Shown here: positions 1 to 11,258 of the stretch, in pieces
Layout: each line of letters starts with the position of its first letter
How positions within the stretch are numbered: position 1 is the stretch's first letter
Assembly (NCBI GenBank): GCA_963775425.1
Contig: CAVZJB010000011.1
Coordinates: forward strand, 896,001 to 960,000
Source: an uncultured delta proteobacterium
GTDB lineage: Bacteria; Myxococcota; UBA727; VGSZ01
Direction of reading: 5' to 3'
Length of the DNA stretch: 64,000 nucleotides
Notes under the pieces: generated by a model
The model's input: only the letters and a program-made list of their open reading frames with translations
What the model was told of the DNA's origin: nothing
Databases searched by the model: none
Translations under genes and position numbers: made by a program

Positions 1-1585
1 AGACGAAGCGTCCGTTGCCGACAATCTCCGCCTTGTCATAGGTGAGCTGCGGCTCATACGCGTACGCGTTGGTGATCGCCGCCGAGGTCGCGCGGGTGCT
101 GTCCGGCTTTCGGTATGCGCTTACGCGAGTGGCCAACAGCGACTCGAGCGTGTTGTCCTTGTTGAACTCGGAGTTGTGGAACCAGTCGGTGACGACGTCA
201 TCGAGCAGCACGGCGGCGGAGCCGATGAGCCCCATGCCGATGTGGTGCGCGAAGAACTGCTTGCAGACCTGGTAGTCGAACGACTCGCCCTGCGGCCGCA
301 CGGTGGCGGACTCGTAAAAGCCGTACTTGCCGCGCAGCCCGAGCCTGGTCATCTCCTCGAGGTTCTCCTTCACGTTGTGGGGGGCGAGCGCAGTGGCCAT
401 CTGCGACGCATAGGGCGCGATGACGTCGAGGCCCGCGGGGAGGAACTCCTTGGACTGCGACAGCCCGCGCGCGCCGAACGCGGCGTAGCCCTGCGAGGTG
501 TTGGAGTTGGCCTCGGACTTCCCCCAGATGCCGCCGGACAGCTCACTCATCTGGATGAAGACCGCGTGCTCGTCGGCTTTGCCGAGGGGCGTGCCGTCGT
601 GCTTCATGAGCAGGCGCGGCGTGAGGTACTCGAACATGGTCCCCGTGTACGCCTGCATGGGCTGGTCTTTGTCGACCTGCAGGCCGTCGATCTCCTTGTC
701 GAGCTTGGGCTTGAGGTTGCGCCACGCGTCCTTGGGGATCTGCCCGAGCATGATGGCGACGGCGTAGGCGGAGCGCGACTCGCTGATCAGCGTGTCGTAG
801 TAGCCCTGCGTGAGGTTCAGTTGTCCGTTTTGGACGTTGCCGCCGTGGTGCAGCAGCCCCTTGTCCTTGTCGTAGAAGATGTCGAAGCGCATCTTCTGCG
901 CCATCGCCTTGATCTCGCTCGCCAGCGCGGGGTCGGCGTCCTTCACCGCCGTGACGACGGCCAACAGGAACGCCGCGAGGTTGCCGTTGTCGACGGCGGA
1001 GACGAAGCCGGCGCCGATCTCCTTGGGCTCGCCGTCGATGCTGTACCAGTTGTACAGGTGCTCCACCTCGTGCGTGACGCCGGCGTCGTCGACGACGGTG
1101 CCCTCGTACTTCGGGAGCTTCTTCAACGTCTCGACGGTGTCGTGGAGGCGGCGCAGCACCTCCGGCTGGCCGACGAGCCCGAGCTTCATCGAGGTGACGG
1201 CCGACAGCATGTACAGCCCGATGTTGGTGGGCGACGTACGCTTGTCGACGACGACGGGCTTGCCCGCCTCCACCGTCACGTTGTCGGGCGGAAGGTGGTT
1301 CGTGCCCGGGCCCGCTTGATCCGCGTAGAACTGCCACTGCTCTCGCAAGACGTCGAGGAAGTAGCGCTGGAGCTCCGCCGCGTGCGGGCTCTGCTTATCG
1401 AGCTGCTTGCCGTTGACGCGCTTCGCCGGCGGAGCACCCGCCACGAACGCGTCCGGGCCCTCCGGCACGCCCGTCGTCGTCGCTGTGGGCGTCGTCGTCG
1501 TGCTCGCCGTGGCGGTTTGCGTCGCGCCGAGCTCCTTCGCTGCAGGGGGCTTGCGGACGCTCTGGCGGTCGATCGGCGTGGGCAT
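1..1585 (-). CDS. NdvB/Cgs-like beta-1,2-glucan-active protein (glucoamylase-like/GH189-type domain), runs off the window edge
   Basis: Absent from the ORF track because it is open to position 1. Manual translation from ATG 1585 gives HLPPDN, RTSPTNIGLY, HLYNWY, FVSAVDNGNLA, YYDTLISESR, GTMFEYLTPRL and VIAPYAS, all motifs of the middle domain of cyclic beta-1,2-glucan synthase. It ends at the edge with IVGNGRF, similar to the start of the GH94-associated region. Confidence 0.75.
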   Translation of the reverse strand, partial: MPTPIDRQSVRKPPAAKELGATQTATASTTTTPTATTTGVPEGPDAFVAGAPPAKRVNGKQLDKQSPHAAELQRYFLDVLREQWQFYADQAGPGTNHLPPDNVTVEAGKPVVVDKRTSPTNIGLYMLSAVTSMKLGLVGQPEVLRRLHDTVETLKKLPKYEGTVVDDAGVTHEVEHLYNWYSIDGEPKEIGAGFVSAVDNGNLAAFLLAVVTAVKDADPALASEIKAMAQKMRFDIFYDKDKGLLHHGGNVQNGQLNLTQGYYDTLISESRSAYAVAIMLGQIPKDAWRNLKPKLDKEIDGLQVDKDQPMQAYTGTMFEYLTPRLLMKHDGTPLGKADEHAVFIQMSELSGGIWGKSEANSNTSQGYAAFGARGLSQSKEFLPAGLDVIAPYASQMATALAPHNVKENLEEMTRLGLRGKYGFYESATVRPQGESFDYQVCKQFFAHHIGMGLIGSAAVLLDDVVTDWFHNSEFNKDNTLESLLATRVSAYRKPDSTRATSAAITNAYAYEPQLTYDKAEIVGNGRFV

Positions 1586-1703
1586 TGCGCACGGTAAAAT
1601 GGTGGTCCGAGGACCGCCAGTCGACAAACCCGTGGGGCCTCGGCGCCGGCGCCCGGTTCCCGCGCGCCGGCCGGCGTCGTAGGCGGCACGCGAGAGGTGC
1701 GAC

Positions 1704-2144
1704 ATGACATCGACGAGCAAGATCGTGCACCGTGGCTCCTGCCTGTGCGGCGCAGTGCGCCTCGAGCTCGCCGGCGCGCTGCCGGCGCCGGACGCGTGCC
1801 ATTGCACGCAGTGCCGGAAGTGGACCGGTCACTACTACGCCGGAGCCGACGTGCCTCGGTCGGCGCTCACCATCGAGGGCGCCGAGAACGTCACGTGGTA
1901 CCGGTCGTCGGAGAAGGTCCGGCGCGGCTTCTGCGCGAGGTGCGGCGCCTCGCTGTTCTTCGACCCGATCGATCAGGCCAAGCACGCGTGGATCGGCGTG
2001 TCGATGGGCGCGTTCGACCCGCCGACCGGCACGAAGCTCGCCGTCCACATCTTCGTCGCCGACAAGGGCGACTACTACGACATCGCCGACGGCGTCCCGC
2101 AGCACCAGCAGGCGCCGCGCCCCCCTGCGCCCACCGCCGGGTGA
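1704..2144 (+). CDS. GFA/CENP-V family Zn-binding protein
   Basis: GSCLCGAV, CHCTQCRK and RGFCARCG cysteine motifs. Confidence 0.9.
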   Translation: MTSTSKIVHRGSCLCGAVRLELAGALPAPDACHCTQCRKWTGHYYAGADVPRSALTIEGAENVTWYRSSEKVRRGFCARCGASLFFDPIDQAKHAWIGVSMGAFDPPTGTKLAVHIFVADKGDYYDIADGVPQHQQAPRPPAPTAG

Positions 2145-2159
2145 GCCGTCCCCGGAGCG

Positions 2160-2971
2160 CTACAGGCCCAACGCGCGCGCGTGATACCGCAGGTGGTCTT
2201 CCACGAAGGTCTGCACGAAGTAGTACCCGTGGTCGTAGCCCTCGTGCATCCGCAGCGTGACTGCATCGCCGAGGAGCTCGGGCATGAGCTGCGCGGTGAG
2301 GAACTTGTCGCCGCTGCCCTGGTCCACGAGCGGCTTAGCGCCCGTGAACGCGCGCGTCTTCAACAGCTCCACGGCGTCGTGCTCCGCCCAGCGCGCGCGG
2401 TCGTCGCCGAAGAACCTCGTGAACGCGTTCACGCCCCACGGCGCGCGCGAGGGGGCGCACATGGGAGCGAACGCCGACGCGCTCGCGTACAGCTCGGGGT
2501 GCCGCAGCGCGAGCGTGAGCGCGCCGTGGCCGCCCACCGAGTGGCCGCAGAGGCCGCGCGCGTCGGTGCGAACGGCGAAATTCACCTCGACCACCGCGCG
2601 CAGCTCGCCGGTGACGTACGTCTCCATGCGGTACGCGTCCGACCACGGAGCCTCGGTGGCGTCGACGTAGAAGCCGGCGCCGAGGCCGAAGTCCCACGAG
2701 GCGTCGTCGCCGGGGATGCGCCTGGTGCGCGGGCTGGTGTCGGGCGTGACGAGCGCGAGCCCGAGCGCCGCCGCCGTCCGCTGCGCGCCCGCCTTGATCG
2801 CGAACGTCTCCTCGTTGCACTCGAGCCCCGCCAAGTACGTCAGCGACGGCACCCGCGCGCCGCCGCGCGCCGCGCCCGGCATGAACACGCCGAAGCGCAT
2901 CGTGCCGAGCGCGCTGTCGTGCTCGTAGAAGCCCTGCGTGCCACCGAAGCAGGGGCGCTCGCTCAAGACCT

Positions 2972-2975
<4 letters not shown>
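2160..2975 (-). CDS. fghA: S-formylglutathione hydrolase
   Basis: LAGLECNEE, PDTSPR, GAGFYVDAT, GHSVGGHGA and GYDHGYYF. GTG start overlaps the frmA stop (GTGA). Confidence 0.93.
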
Positions 2976-4081
<1,106 letters not shown>

Positions 4082-4143
4082 GGCGCGCATCATGTCGAAG
4101 GCGCCGCCCCGTTGTCACGTGCACGATCGAGCGGCCCGGGGGC

Positions 4144-5241
4144 TCACCGGAGCGCGTCGATGAACTCCGTGACGGCGGCGACGAAGCCGTCGGGCTCGTC
4201 CCACATGGCGAAGTGCGAGGCGTGCTCGAGGACCACCATGCGGCTCGGCGGCTTGTCGGCGGCGAAGGCGTCGAACGTGGCCTGCGGCACCGCCACGGGC
4301 ACCGCGAAGTCGAAGCGCCCGGCGAGCACGAGGGCCGGCACGGGGATCGTCGACACGTCCTCCGGGCTCAGCGCCACGCCGTCGAAGTCGAAGCGCGCCT
4401 CGAAGCCCGCGGTGTTCGATCCGTACGCGAGCGCGTCGAAGGTGCCGAACGCAGTGTCCTCCACGCCCCGCTGCTCGAGGAACGACTCCATGGCGCTCGT
4501 CGACGCCGGCAGGTCGAAGCCACGCTCGGCGAGATCCATGGTCACGTATTGCGCGTGCGTGGAGCGATCGGGCTCCTGCCGCGGGAAGTCGGGGTGCGCG
4601 TCGTAGAACGCGACCGCGTCCGACCACGAGTCGCGCTCGGCGCGCGGGCGCTTGTCGTCCTGCGAGAATTGCAGGGCGTCGGCGCGCACCGTCGCCGCGG
4701 TGACGTCGTACGCCTCGGGCAAATTGCGGCCGCCGCAGACGTCGACGTAGCCGGCGATGCCGTCGGCGCGCGCGGGGTCGCGCAGGAACGCCAGGGACAG
4801 CCCGCCGCCGAGGCTGTGGCCCAGCATCACCAGGCGCGGCGGGTGGTATCGGTCGCGGACCGCCGCCAGCACGAGGCCGAGGTCGTGGACCGACTCGTCC
4901 AGGGTGAGCCTGGCGCCCGCGGCGTCGCCCTGGCTCATGCCCGCGCCCCGTTGGTCCCAGTAGACGAAGGCGTAGCGCTGCTCGAGCGCGTCGAACGCCG
5001 GCATCCAGTCGTAGAGCTTGCCGCTCGAGCCCGCGCCGTGTTGCACCAGGACAAAGGTGTCGGCGTTCCTGTCGCCCTGGAGCCACACGGGCAAATCGGC
5101 GCCGTCTGTGTGAACGAAGAACGCGTCCTCGACGCCCGGGTTGCAGCCGGCGAGCGCGCAGCCGCCCAGTGCCCAACCGACGAGCGCCCGACCGGCGAGC
5201 GCCCGACCGGCGAGCGAGCGCGCGGAGCTCGTGCGGCTCAC
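4144..5241 (-). CDS. alpha/beta hydrolase lipoprotein
   Basis: Lipobox LAGC, HGAG, WDQRGAG, GHSLGG nucleophile elbow, GRFD and ASHF. GTG start coupled to the upstream stop. Confidence 0.8.
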   Translation of the reverse strand: MSRTSSARSLAGRALAGRALVGWALGGCALAGCNPGVEDAFFVHTDGADLPVWLQGDRNADTFVLVQHGAGSSGKLYDWMPAFDALEQRYAFVYWDQRGAGMSQGDAAGARLTLDESVHDLGLVLAAVRDRYHPPRLVMLGHSLGGGLSLAFLRDPARADGIAGYVDVCGGRNLPEAYDVTAATVRADALQFSQDDKRPRAERDSWSDAVAFYDAHPDFPRQEPDRSTHAQYVTMDLAERGFDLPASTSAMESFLEQRGVEDTAFGTFDALAYGSNTAGFEARFDFDGVALSPEDVSTIPVPALVLAGRFDFAVPVAVPQATFDAFAADKPPSRMVVLEHASHFAMWDEPDGFVAAVTEFIDALR

Positions 5242-5792
5242 GGCGCCACCGACAGCGTCCAGGCCACACCGGCCGACAACGCCGCCACCGGCAGCCACGC
5301 CTGGTTCACCGTGGTGCGCTCCCAGCCGTCGACGCGCACGAAGAGCCGGTCCGGCCACGGGCCGCCGGCGCCGAGCTGCCACCCCGCGCCGAGGGCGAGG
5401 CCCGCCATGAAGGTCGGCCGCCCGGCGTCGGTGCCGACGGCGACGCCGCCGCTCCTGGTCTCGACGTAGACCGGCCCCGCGAGGAAGCGCTCGTGGACGC
5501 CGGCGCTCCCGAGGAGCTCGCCGTACAGCCCGAAGGGCGCCGTCACGCGCCAGCCCGTCTGTGCGAGCGCGAGGAGTCCGGTGTGGTGCCCGAAGTGATC
5601 GTAGCCGCCGGCGCGCGCGCCGAGGACGAACGCGTGGGGCCCGCACACGACGAGGGGCTCCTCGACGTCGACGAACGCCCCTGGGTGGGTGACCGCCTCG
5701 CCGAGCCAGCCGGCGGACACCGTCAGCGTGTGTGGCGCTACGGGTTGCGCGGAGGCGGCGGACAGGACGAGCAGCAACGCGGCCGGCGGCAT
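5238..5792 (-). CDS. secreted hypothetical protein, possible small outer-membrane beta-barrel
   Basis: Signal peptide, amphipathic beta-strand pattern, C-terminal AGVAW. Coupled to the hydrolase gene. Confidence 0.55.
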   Translation of the reverse strand: MPPAALLLVLSAASAQPVAPHTLTVSAGWLGEAVTHPGAFVDVEEPLVVCGPHAFVLGARAGGYDHFGHHTGLLALAQTGWRVTAPFGLYGELLGSAGVHERFLAGPVYVETRSGGVAVGTDAGRPTFMAGLALGAGWQLGAGGPWPDRLFVRVDGWERTTVNQAWLPVAALSAGVAWTLSVAP

Positions 5793-5884
5793 CCCGCGAG
5801 CATAACGCGCTCGTGCGCTCCGCCCGGCGCCCCCATGGGGTGGGCGCCCCGCTCGGGGACGTCTCGTGCGAGTCTCCCTCGCGG

Positions 5885-6694
5885 ATGCACCCCTGGCTCT
5901 GGATCGCGGTCACCATCATCCTCGACGGCATCGCCGGCCTCGCCGGTGGCCTCTTCTCCGACCGGTGGCTGGCGCGGTTCGAGTCGCTGCTGATCGGCTT
6001 CGCCGCGGGCGCGCTGGTGGCGGCGGCGTTCTTCGACGTGCTGCCCGAGGCGGTGGAGGAGTACGGCCACAACGCGTTGATGTGGGCGTTCGCCGGGTTC
6101 GTGGTGAGCGCGCTCCTCGAGTGGGTGCTCGGCCACCACCACGCCGCGCACTCACACGACCACGCCTACGAAGACGGGGCCCCGAGCGCCGCGGCGCCCG
6201 ACCAGGCGCCGCCGGAGCACACGCACGGCGCGCCGGGCATCCGCGGGCGCGCGTTGCCCTGGACGCTGCTTGGCTCGGACGCGCTGCACAACATCGGCGA
6301 CGGCGCCGCCATCGCCGCGGCGTTCCTCGTGTCCACGCACGCCGGCATCGGCGTCGCCCTCGCCGTGATCGTCCACGAGATCCCGCAGGAGGTCGGCGAC
6401 TACGCGCTCCTCAGGAACGCGGGCTTCACGCGCGGCCGCGCGCTGTTGAGCCTCGCCGCCGTGCAGCTCACCGCCGCCGCCGGCGCCGCTGCGGTGGCGC
6501 TCGCGTCCACCGGCGTCAAGGCGGTCATCCCCGTGGTGCTGTCGGTCGCCGCCGGCACGTTCCTCTACATCGGCGCCACGGACCTGTTGCCCGAGGTGCA
6601 CTCGGGCCACTCGCCGCACGATCGGCGCGTGCGCATGCTCGGGTTCCTCGCCGGCCTCGCCGTCGTCGTCGTCGTCGGCCTGATCGAGCGCTGA
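5885..6694 (+). CDS. ZIP family metal transporter
   Basis: FAAGAL, His-rich loop, LHNIGDG, HEIPQEVGD and FLYIGATDLLPE. Confidence 0.92.
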   Translation: MHPWLWIAVTIILDGIAGLAGGLFSDRWLARFESLLIGFAAGALVAAAFFDVLPEAVEEYGHNALMWAFAGFVVSALLEWVLGHHHAAHSHDHAYEDGAPSAAAPDQAPPEHTHGAPGIRGRALPWTLLGSDALHNIGDGAAIAAAFLVSTHAGIGVALAVIVHEIPQEVGDYALLRNAGFTRGRALLSLAAVQLTAAAGAAAVALASTGVKAVIPVVLSVAAGTFLYIGATDLLPEVHSGHSPHDRRVRMLGFLAGLAVVVVVGLIER

Positions 6695-6695
6695 G

Positions 6696-8510
6696 GTGAG
6701 CGAAGGCTGGGAGGCCGGCGGCAGACACGGGCGCGGCGGCGTGGACCCGAGGACGCTGCCGCGGCTGTCGTCGGTCGAGGTGCCCTATCGACGCATCGCG
6801 CGGCTGTTCTCGCCCTATGGCTCGCGCCTCGCGGCTGCGTTCGGGCTCTCTGTCGTCGCCGCGGGCCTGAGCCTCCTGCCGCCGCTCGCGATGAAGGAGA
6901 TCGTCGACGTCGCCGTCAAGACGGCCGACACCCGGCTGCTCCTCGGCATGGCCTCGGTGTTGGTGGCGGCGCCGCTGCTCGCCGGCATGTTCGGCGTGGT
7001 CCAGGATCGACAAAACGCCTACGTGGGCCAGGCGGTGATGCGCGACCTGCGCCTCGCGATGTTCCGCGCCGTCGAGCGGCAGGGCGTCGAATTCTTCGCG
7101 CAGACCAAGGCCGGAGAGCTCGTGCAGCGCCTCACCGGTGACGTGCACTTCGTCCAGGGCGTGGTGACGGGGACGCTGGTCGAGGCCGCCACGCAGCTCG
7201 TCGCCGTGGTCGCCACGCTCGTCATCCTGTTCGTGCTCGACTGGCGGCTCGCGGTGCTGGCCGCCGTGATCGTGCCGCTGTTCGCGCTGCCCCTGCGGCA
7301 GGTCAACCGCAGCCGCCGCACCATCCGCCTCGAGGCGCAGCGCGCGCGCTCCGAGATGGCGGGCCTCATCACCGAGGTGTTCGGCGTGTCCGGCGCGCTC
7401 CTCGCGCGCGTGTTCTCGCGCGAAGACCACGTCGAGGCGCGCTTCTCGGGTGTCAACGAGCACGTGATGGGGCTCGAGCTCCGCTTCGCGTACATCGCGC
7501 GCTGGTTCGCGCTGTTGACCTCGACGTTGGCGCCGTTGGCCACGGCGGCGCTCTTCTTGTACGGCGGCCTGCGTGTGATGCACCACGAGATGACCATCGG
7601 CGCGGTCATCGCGTTCGCGGCGTACCTGGCGCAGCTCCTCGGGCCCACCGCCAAGCTCTTCAACGTCCACGTCGACGTGTCGGCGGCGGCGGTGGTCTTC
7701 GTGCGGCTGTTCGAGGTGCTCGACCTGCCGCCGCCGTTTCGGTCCCGCGCCGGCGTGCGGCTGGGGCCGGTGGAGGGGCGGATCGCGCTGCGCGACGTGA
7801 GCTACCGCTATCCCGGCGGCCCCCGCGTGCTCGAGCACGTCTCGTTCGACATCGCGCCGGGGAGCGTGGTGGCGCTGGTGGGCCCTTCGGGGGCGGGCAA
7901 GTCCACCCTCGCGCTGCTGCTCGCACGGCTGGTGGACGCGGAGGAGGGCACCATCACCGTCGACGGCGTCGACGTGAAGGACGTGGAGCCCGAGTCGTTG
8001 CGGCGGCAGGTGGTGTTCGTGCCGCAGGACCCGTTCTTGTTTCACACCACGCTCGAGGAGAACCTGCGCTTCGCCAGGCCCGACGCCTCCGACGCCGACA
8101 TGCGGGACGCGCTGCGCCGCGCGCGCCTCGGTGACGTCGTCGAGGCGCTGCCCGCCAAGCTCGAGACCATCGTGGGCGAGCGCGGCCATCGCTTCTCCGG
8201 CGGCGAGCGCCAGCGCATCGCCATCGCCCGCGCCATGCTCGCGGACCCGCGCGTGCTCGTGCTCGACGAGGCCACCGCCCACCTCGACGCGGCCTCCGAG
8301 AGCGCGGTGCGCGACGCCGTCGCCGCGCTCATGGCCGGGCGCACCACGGTGGTCATCGCCCACCGGCTCTCGACCATCGTGTCCGCCGACGACATCGTCG
8401 TCCTCGACCACGGCCGCGTCGTCGAGCGCGGCACCCACCGCGAGCTGCTGGAGCGCGGCGGCGTGTACAAGGAGCTCTACCGCACGCAGGAACTCGCAAG
8501 GGACGCCTGA
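6696..8510 (+). CDS. ABC exporter, fused permease/ATPase
   Basis: N-terminal TM domain, Walker [24 protein letters not shown] and IAHRLST. Confidence 0.93.
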   Translation: MSEGWEAGGRHGRGGVDPRTLPRLSSVEVPYRRIARLFSPYGSRLAAAFGLSVVAAGLSLLPPLAMKEIVDVAVKTADTRLLLGMASVLVAAPLLAGMFGVVQDRQNAYVGQAVMRDLRLAMFRAVERQGVEFFAQTKAGELVQRLTGDVHFVQGVVTGTLVEAATQLVAVVATLVILFVLDWRLAVLAAVIVPLFALPLRQVNRSRRTIRLEAQRARSEMAGLITEVFGVSGALLARVFSREDHVEARFSGVNEHVMGLELRFAYIARWFALLTSTLAPLATAALFLYGGLRVMHHEMTIGAVIAFAAYLAQLLGPTAKLFNVHVDVSAAAVVFVRLFEVLDLPPPFRSRAGVRLGPVEGRIALRDVSYRYPGGPRVLEHVSFDIAPGSVVALVGPSGAGKSTLALLLARLVDAEEGTITVDGVDVKDVEPESLRRQVVFVPQDPFLFHTTLEENLRFARPDASDADMRDALRRARLGDVVEALPAKLETIVGERGHRFSGGERQRIAIARAMLADPRVLVLDEATAHLDAASESAVRDAVAALMAGRTTVVIAHRLSTIVSADDIVVLDHGRVVERGTHRELLERGGVYKELYRTQELARDA

Positions 8511-8536
8511 ACGACGCGCCGCTCCGTTCGGGTCAA

Positions 8537-9196
8537 TCAATCCTCGTAGACGACGCGCAGGCGGCGGAGACCGTCTTCCAGGGAGCAACTGACGAGGGCG
8601 CCGCCGGCCTGCAGCACGACGAGCGCGTTGAGGCTCGCGTCCTTCTCCGCCGCCGAGCGCAGGCGGGCCATGAAGGCGAAGTTCAGCGTGTCGATCTCGT
8701 CGAACAGGCGCCGCAGCTCGGCGATGTCGGCGGGGCGGCCGTCGAGGACGGCGCGCACGAGGTGCGCGGCGACGTTGCGGTGGACGACCTCGACGGGCGA
8801 AGCGAAGGGCAGGTGCATCTCGGCGAGCGGCTTCAGGCGGCGCAGGATGGGGCAGCCGCTCGTGGCCATGATGAGCCCCATCAGCGCCGACAGCGCGGTC
8901 TGCGCGTCGGTGTCCTTGCGAACCTCGCGCTCGCCGCTCAACACCCGCGCGTTCACGCGCGCGATGGACGACAGCGCGGAGAAGCTCTCCACCACCGGCG
9001 CGAGATCGGCGGCCGGCGGGCAGACCGCGTCCTGCTCGAGGGGCAGCGGGCAGTGCGGGCAGCGCTCGTGCTCGAGCGCGGTCCACACCGGCAGCGCGCC
9101 GCGCTTCTTTGGAGCGGCCCGCCCGACGTCGACATCGAAGCGGTGCTCGACGCCGTCGATGGTCAGGACGTACGTGATGCTCGCGTGCTTCCCCAC
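8537..9196 (-). CDS. DUF6901-like protein
   Basis: [28 protein letters not shown] and HLPFAS pattern, recognised from memory. Confidence 0.65.
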   Translation of the reverse strand: MGKHASITYVLTIDGVEHRFDVDVGRAAPKKRGALPVWTALEHERCPHCPLPLEQDAVCPPAADLAPVVESFSALSSIARVNARVLSGEREVRKDTDAQTALSALMGLIMATSGCPILRRLKPLAEMHLPFASPVEVVHRNVAAHLVRAVLDGRPADIAELRRLFDEIDTLNFAFMARLRSAAEKDASLNALVVLQAGGALVSCSLEDGLRRLRVVYED

Positions 9197-9221
9197 GCGA
9201 CGAGGCTAGCGCGTTTGGGCG

Positions 9222-9785
9222 TCACCAGGTGACGGTGTACGTGATGCGCCGCGCGCCGGGGTCGACGGCGGCTTCGACCGCGCCATCGACCTTGCACAGC
9301 GCGAGCACGCCGCTGAACGTGCCGCACGTGCCCTCGATGTACTCGCGATGATCGAAGAAGAGCGGCGCGGCGCCGTCGACGTGGAGCGCCACGCGGTGCT
9401 CCCCTTCGAGGTCGACGCTGAGGGCGCCGCAGCCGCGGTAGATCTGGTTCCACGCCGTGGGGGCGCGCTTCAAGAGCGACGCGGGCGTGAGCCCGAAGAT
9501 GGAGACCACGGCCGAGAGGATGGGGCGCAACAGCGGCCCCTCGGTGGCGCGCAGCAACGCGCGCTTGCTCCAGTCACGCACGCCCGCGGAGCCCGTGGCG
9601 TCCGCGACGGCGGCGGTGAGCGCAACGTCGACGGAGAGCGGCAGCCAATCGACGCGCGCGGCCGCGCGGATGGCCGTCACGGCGTCGGGCACCGCCGACA
9701 GGACGCGCGCCTCGACGTCCGCGCCGAGGAGCGCGAGCGCGCCGAGGTTGTCTTGGACGTAGCTGGCGCGCATCTCGGGGCCCAT
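9222..9785 (-). CDS. hypothetical protein (myxobacterial DUF2378/TIGR02265-like)
   Basis: Typical codon usage. DWLPL...W.QIYRG.G...TYTVTW pattern. Confidence 0.5.
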   Translation of the reverse strand: MGPEMRASYVQDNLGALALLGADVEARVLSAVPDAVTAIRAAARVDWLPLSVDVALTAAVADATGSAGVRDWSKRALLRATEGPLLRPILSAVVSIFGLTPASLLKRAPTAWNQIYRGCGALSVDLEGEHRVALHVDGAAPLFFDHREYIEGTCGTFSGVLALCKVDGAVEAAVDPGARRITYTVTW

Positions 9786-9835
9786 CGGGCCTGCTACCGC
9801 CTTGCCGGCCTCGAAGGAAGCCGTCCGGTGGGTTC

Positions 9836-10351
9836 TCAGGGGAGCGCGCCGAAGACACGCTCGAGGTCGGCGAGGTCGGCGAGGATCTTCTCTTCGCGGG
9901 CTCTTCGCAGCGTGGCGTCGTTGACGATGTGGTCGAGGCCGAGCGGCAGGACCGTCACCAGCCGATAGATGATCCGCGTGGTGCGACCCGGCGCGTCCTC
10001 GAGCTGGATGTCGATGTCGAGCGCGCCGCCGGGCCCGGCGTCCACGACGTTGCAGTGGACGAGCGACGGCGCGCGGGTCTTGAGCGCGAGCACGACCGCG
10101 TGGCCGAGGATGCGCGACGTCACCCGCCACTGTCCGGGACCGTGCGGCTCCACCTGCACGGCGTCGCTGAGGAACGCCTTCCACCGCGACGGATGGGAGA
10201 GCGCCGCGAACACCCGTTCGCGCGGTGCTGCGATGTGCGCGACGGCGACGGACGCCCCGTGCTCGACGCGTGTGAGCAGGAGCGGCTGTGCGTCTCCCCG
10301 CACGGCGACGAGGGCCAAAACCAGGATGAGCGTCGCTCGGACCATCGCCAT
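9836..10351 (-). CDS. secreted SRPBCC/START-fold protein
   Basis: Signal peptide then IAAPRERVFAALSHPSRW. Confidence 0.6.
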   Translation of the reverse strand: MAMVRATLILVLALVAVRGDAQPLLLTRVEHGASVAVAHIAAPRERVFAALSHPSRWKAFLSDAVQVEPHGPGQWRVTSRILGHAVVLALKTRAPSLVHCNVVDAGPGGALDIDIQLEDAPGRTTRIIYRLVTVLPLGLDHIVNDATLRRAREEKILADLADLERVFGALP

Positions 10352-10477
10352 CACACCTTCGAGCGAGATGTCGTGCAGCAGCGGTGCCACCGTCGCCGTC
10401 GTCGTCGTCGAGGTACGCCCGTTGCATGCTCGTTCGCAGGGCGAGCGCCGTGTGCGCGCGCGCCGAGGAGAGTCGCG

Positions 10478-10885
10478 ATGAACGCCGTCGACGTCATGAC
10501 CCAGAACCCCCGAACGCTGCCGCCGTCGGCGTCGCTCTCCGAGGCGATCGCGTTGATGCGCCATGAGCGGGTGCGTCATCTGCCACTCACCGTCGAGGGG
10601 CGGGTCGTCGGGATGCTCAGCGACCGCGACCTGCGCGAGCTGTCCCTGGGGGCCCTGCTCGCCGGTGACGTCGAGGAGGGGCGCGACCGCATGGCGCAAG
10701 CCATCGGCGACGTCGCCGCACGCGACGTCGTCACGGTGCAGCCGCAGACGGAGCTGCGCGTGATCGTCGACCTCCTCGTCGAGCGCCGCATCGGCGCCGT
10801 CCCCGTGGTCGACGCCGACGGCGGCCGCATCGTCGGCCTCGTGAGCGTCGTCGATGTGCTGCGCGCTGTGCGCGATCTCGTGTGA
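10478..10885 (+). CDS. CBS domain pair protein
   Basis: DVMTQNP, RHLPL, GMLSDRD and IGAVPVV. GAGGAG RBS upstream. Confidence 0.9.
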   Translation: MNAVDVMTQNPRTLPPSASLSEAIALMRHERVRHLPLTVEGRVVGMLSDRDLRELSLGALLAGDVEEGRDRMAQAIGDVAARDVVTVQPQTELRVIVDLLVERRIGAVPVVDADGGRIVGLVSVVDVLRAVRDLV

Positions 10886-10908
10886 GCGCGCGGCGCGTCG
10901 GGCGTGGC

Positions 10909-11160
10909 TCAGACGGTGATGCGGTGCACGTCGAGCTCGGAGCCTGTCTGGCTCGCGAGCACGTCGAAGAACGCGGCCAGCGCGTCGACCCGCGCGGTGT
11001 CGCCGCCGGCGCGCGCGGTGAGGCACACGCGGAGCCCTCGCCAGCGCGAGCGCACGCCGCGCCGCTCGAGGCCGAAGCGGACGATGGCGTGCTCGATCTC
11101 GCGGGCGGTCTCCCCCCACCTGAAGATCGGCACCGACAGAGACGCTTCGAGCTGCTCCAC
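10909..11160 (-). CDS. small hypothetical protein
   Basis: 83-aa ORF with GC3-biased codons filling the gap. Confidence 0.45.
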   Translation of the reverse strand: MEQLEASLSVPIFRWGETAREIEHAIVRFGLERRGVRSRWRGLRVCLTARAGGDTARVDALAAFFDVLASQTGSELDVHRITV

Positions 11161-11258
11161 GAGGTCAGCCTAGCGACGGGCCGCACCGGCGGTGTGACGA
11201 TTCGTCCCCGTCCCCGTGACGGCTCTGTGGCAGGGCTGTCACACCCGCGCGCGCACGC

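Noticed and set aside
176-1597. 473-aa plus-strand ORF and many similar long ORFs (e.g. 30839-34861, 56423-59380, 6525-9086, 48870-51521)
   Set aside because: Antisense or off-frame shadows of motif-bearing genes, caused by stop-codon scarcity at high GC.
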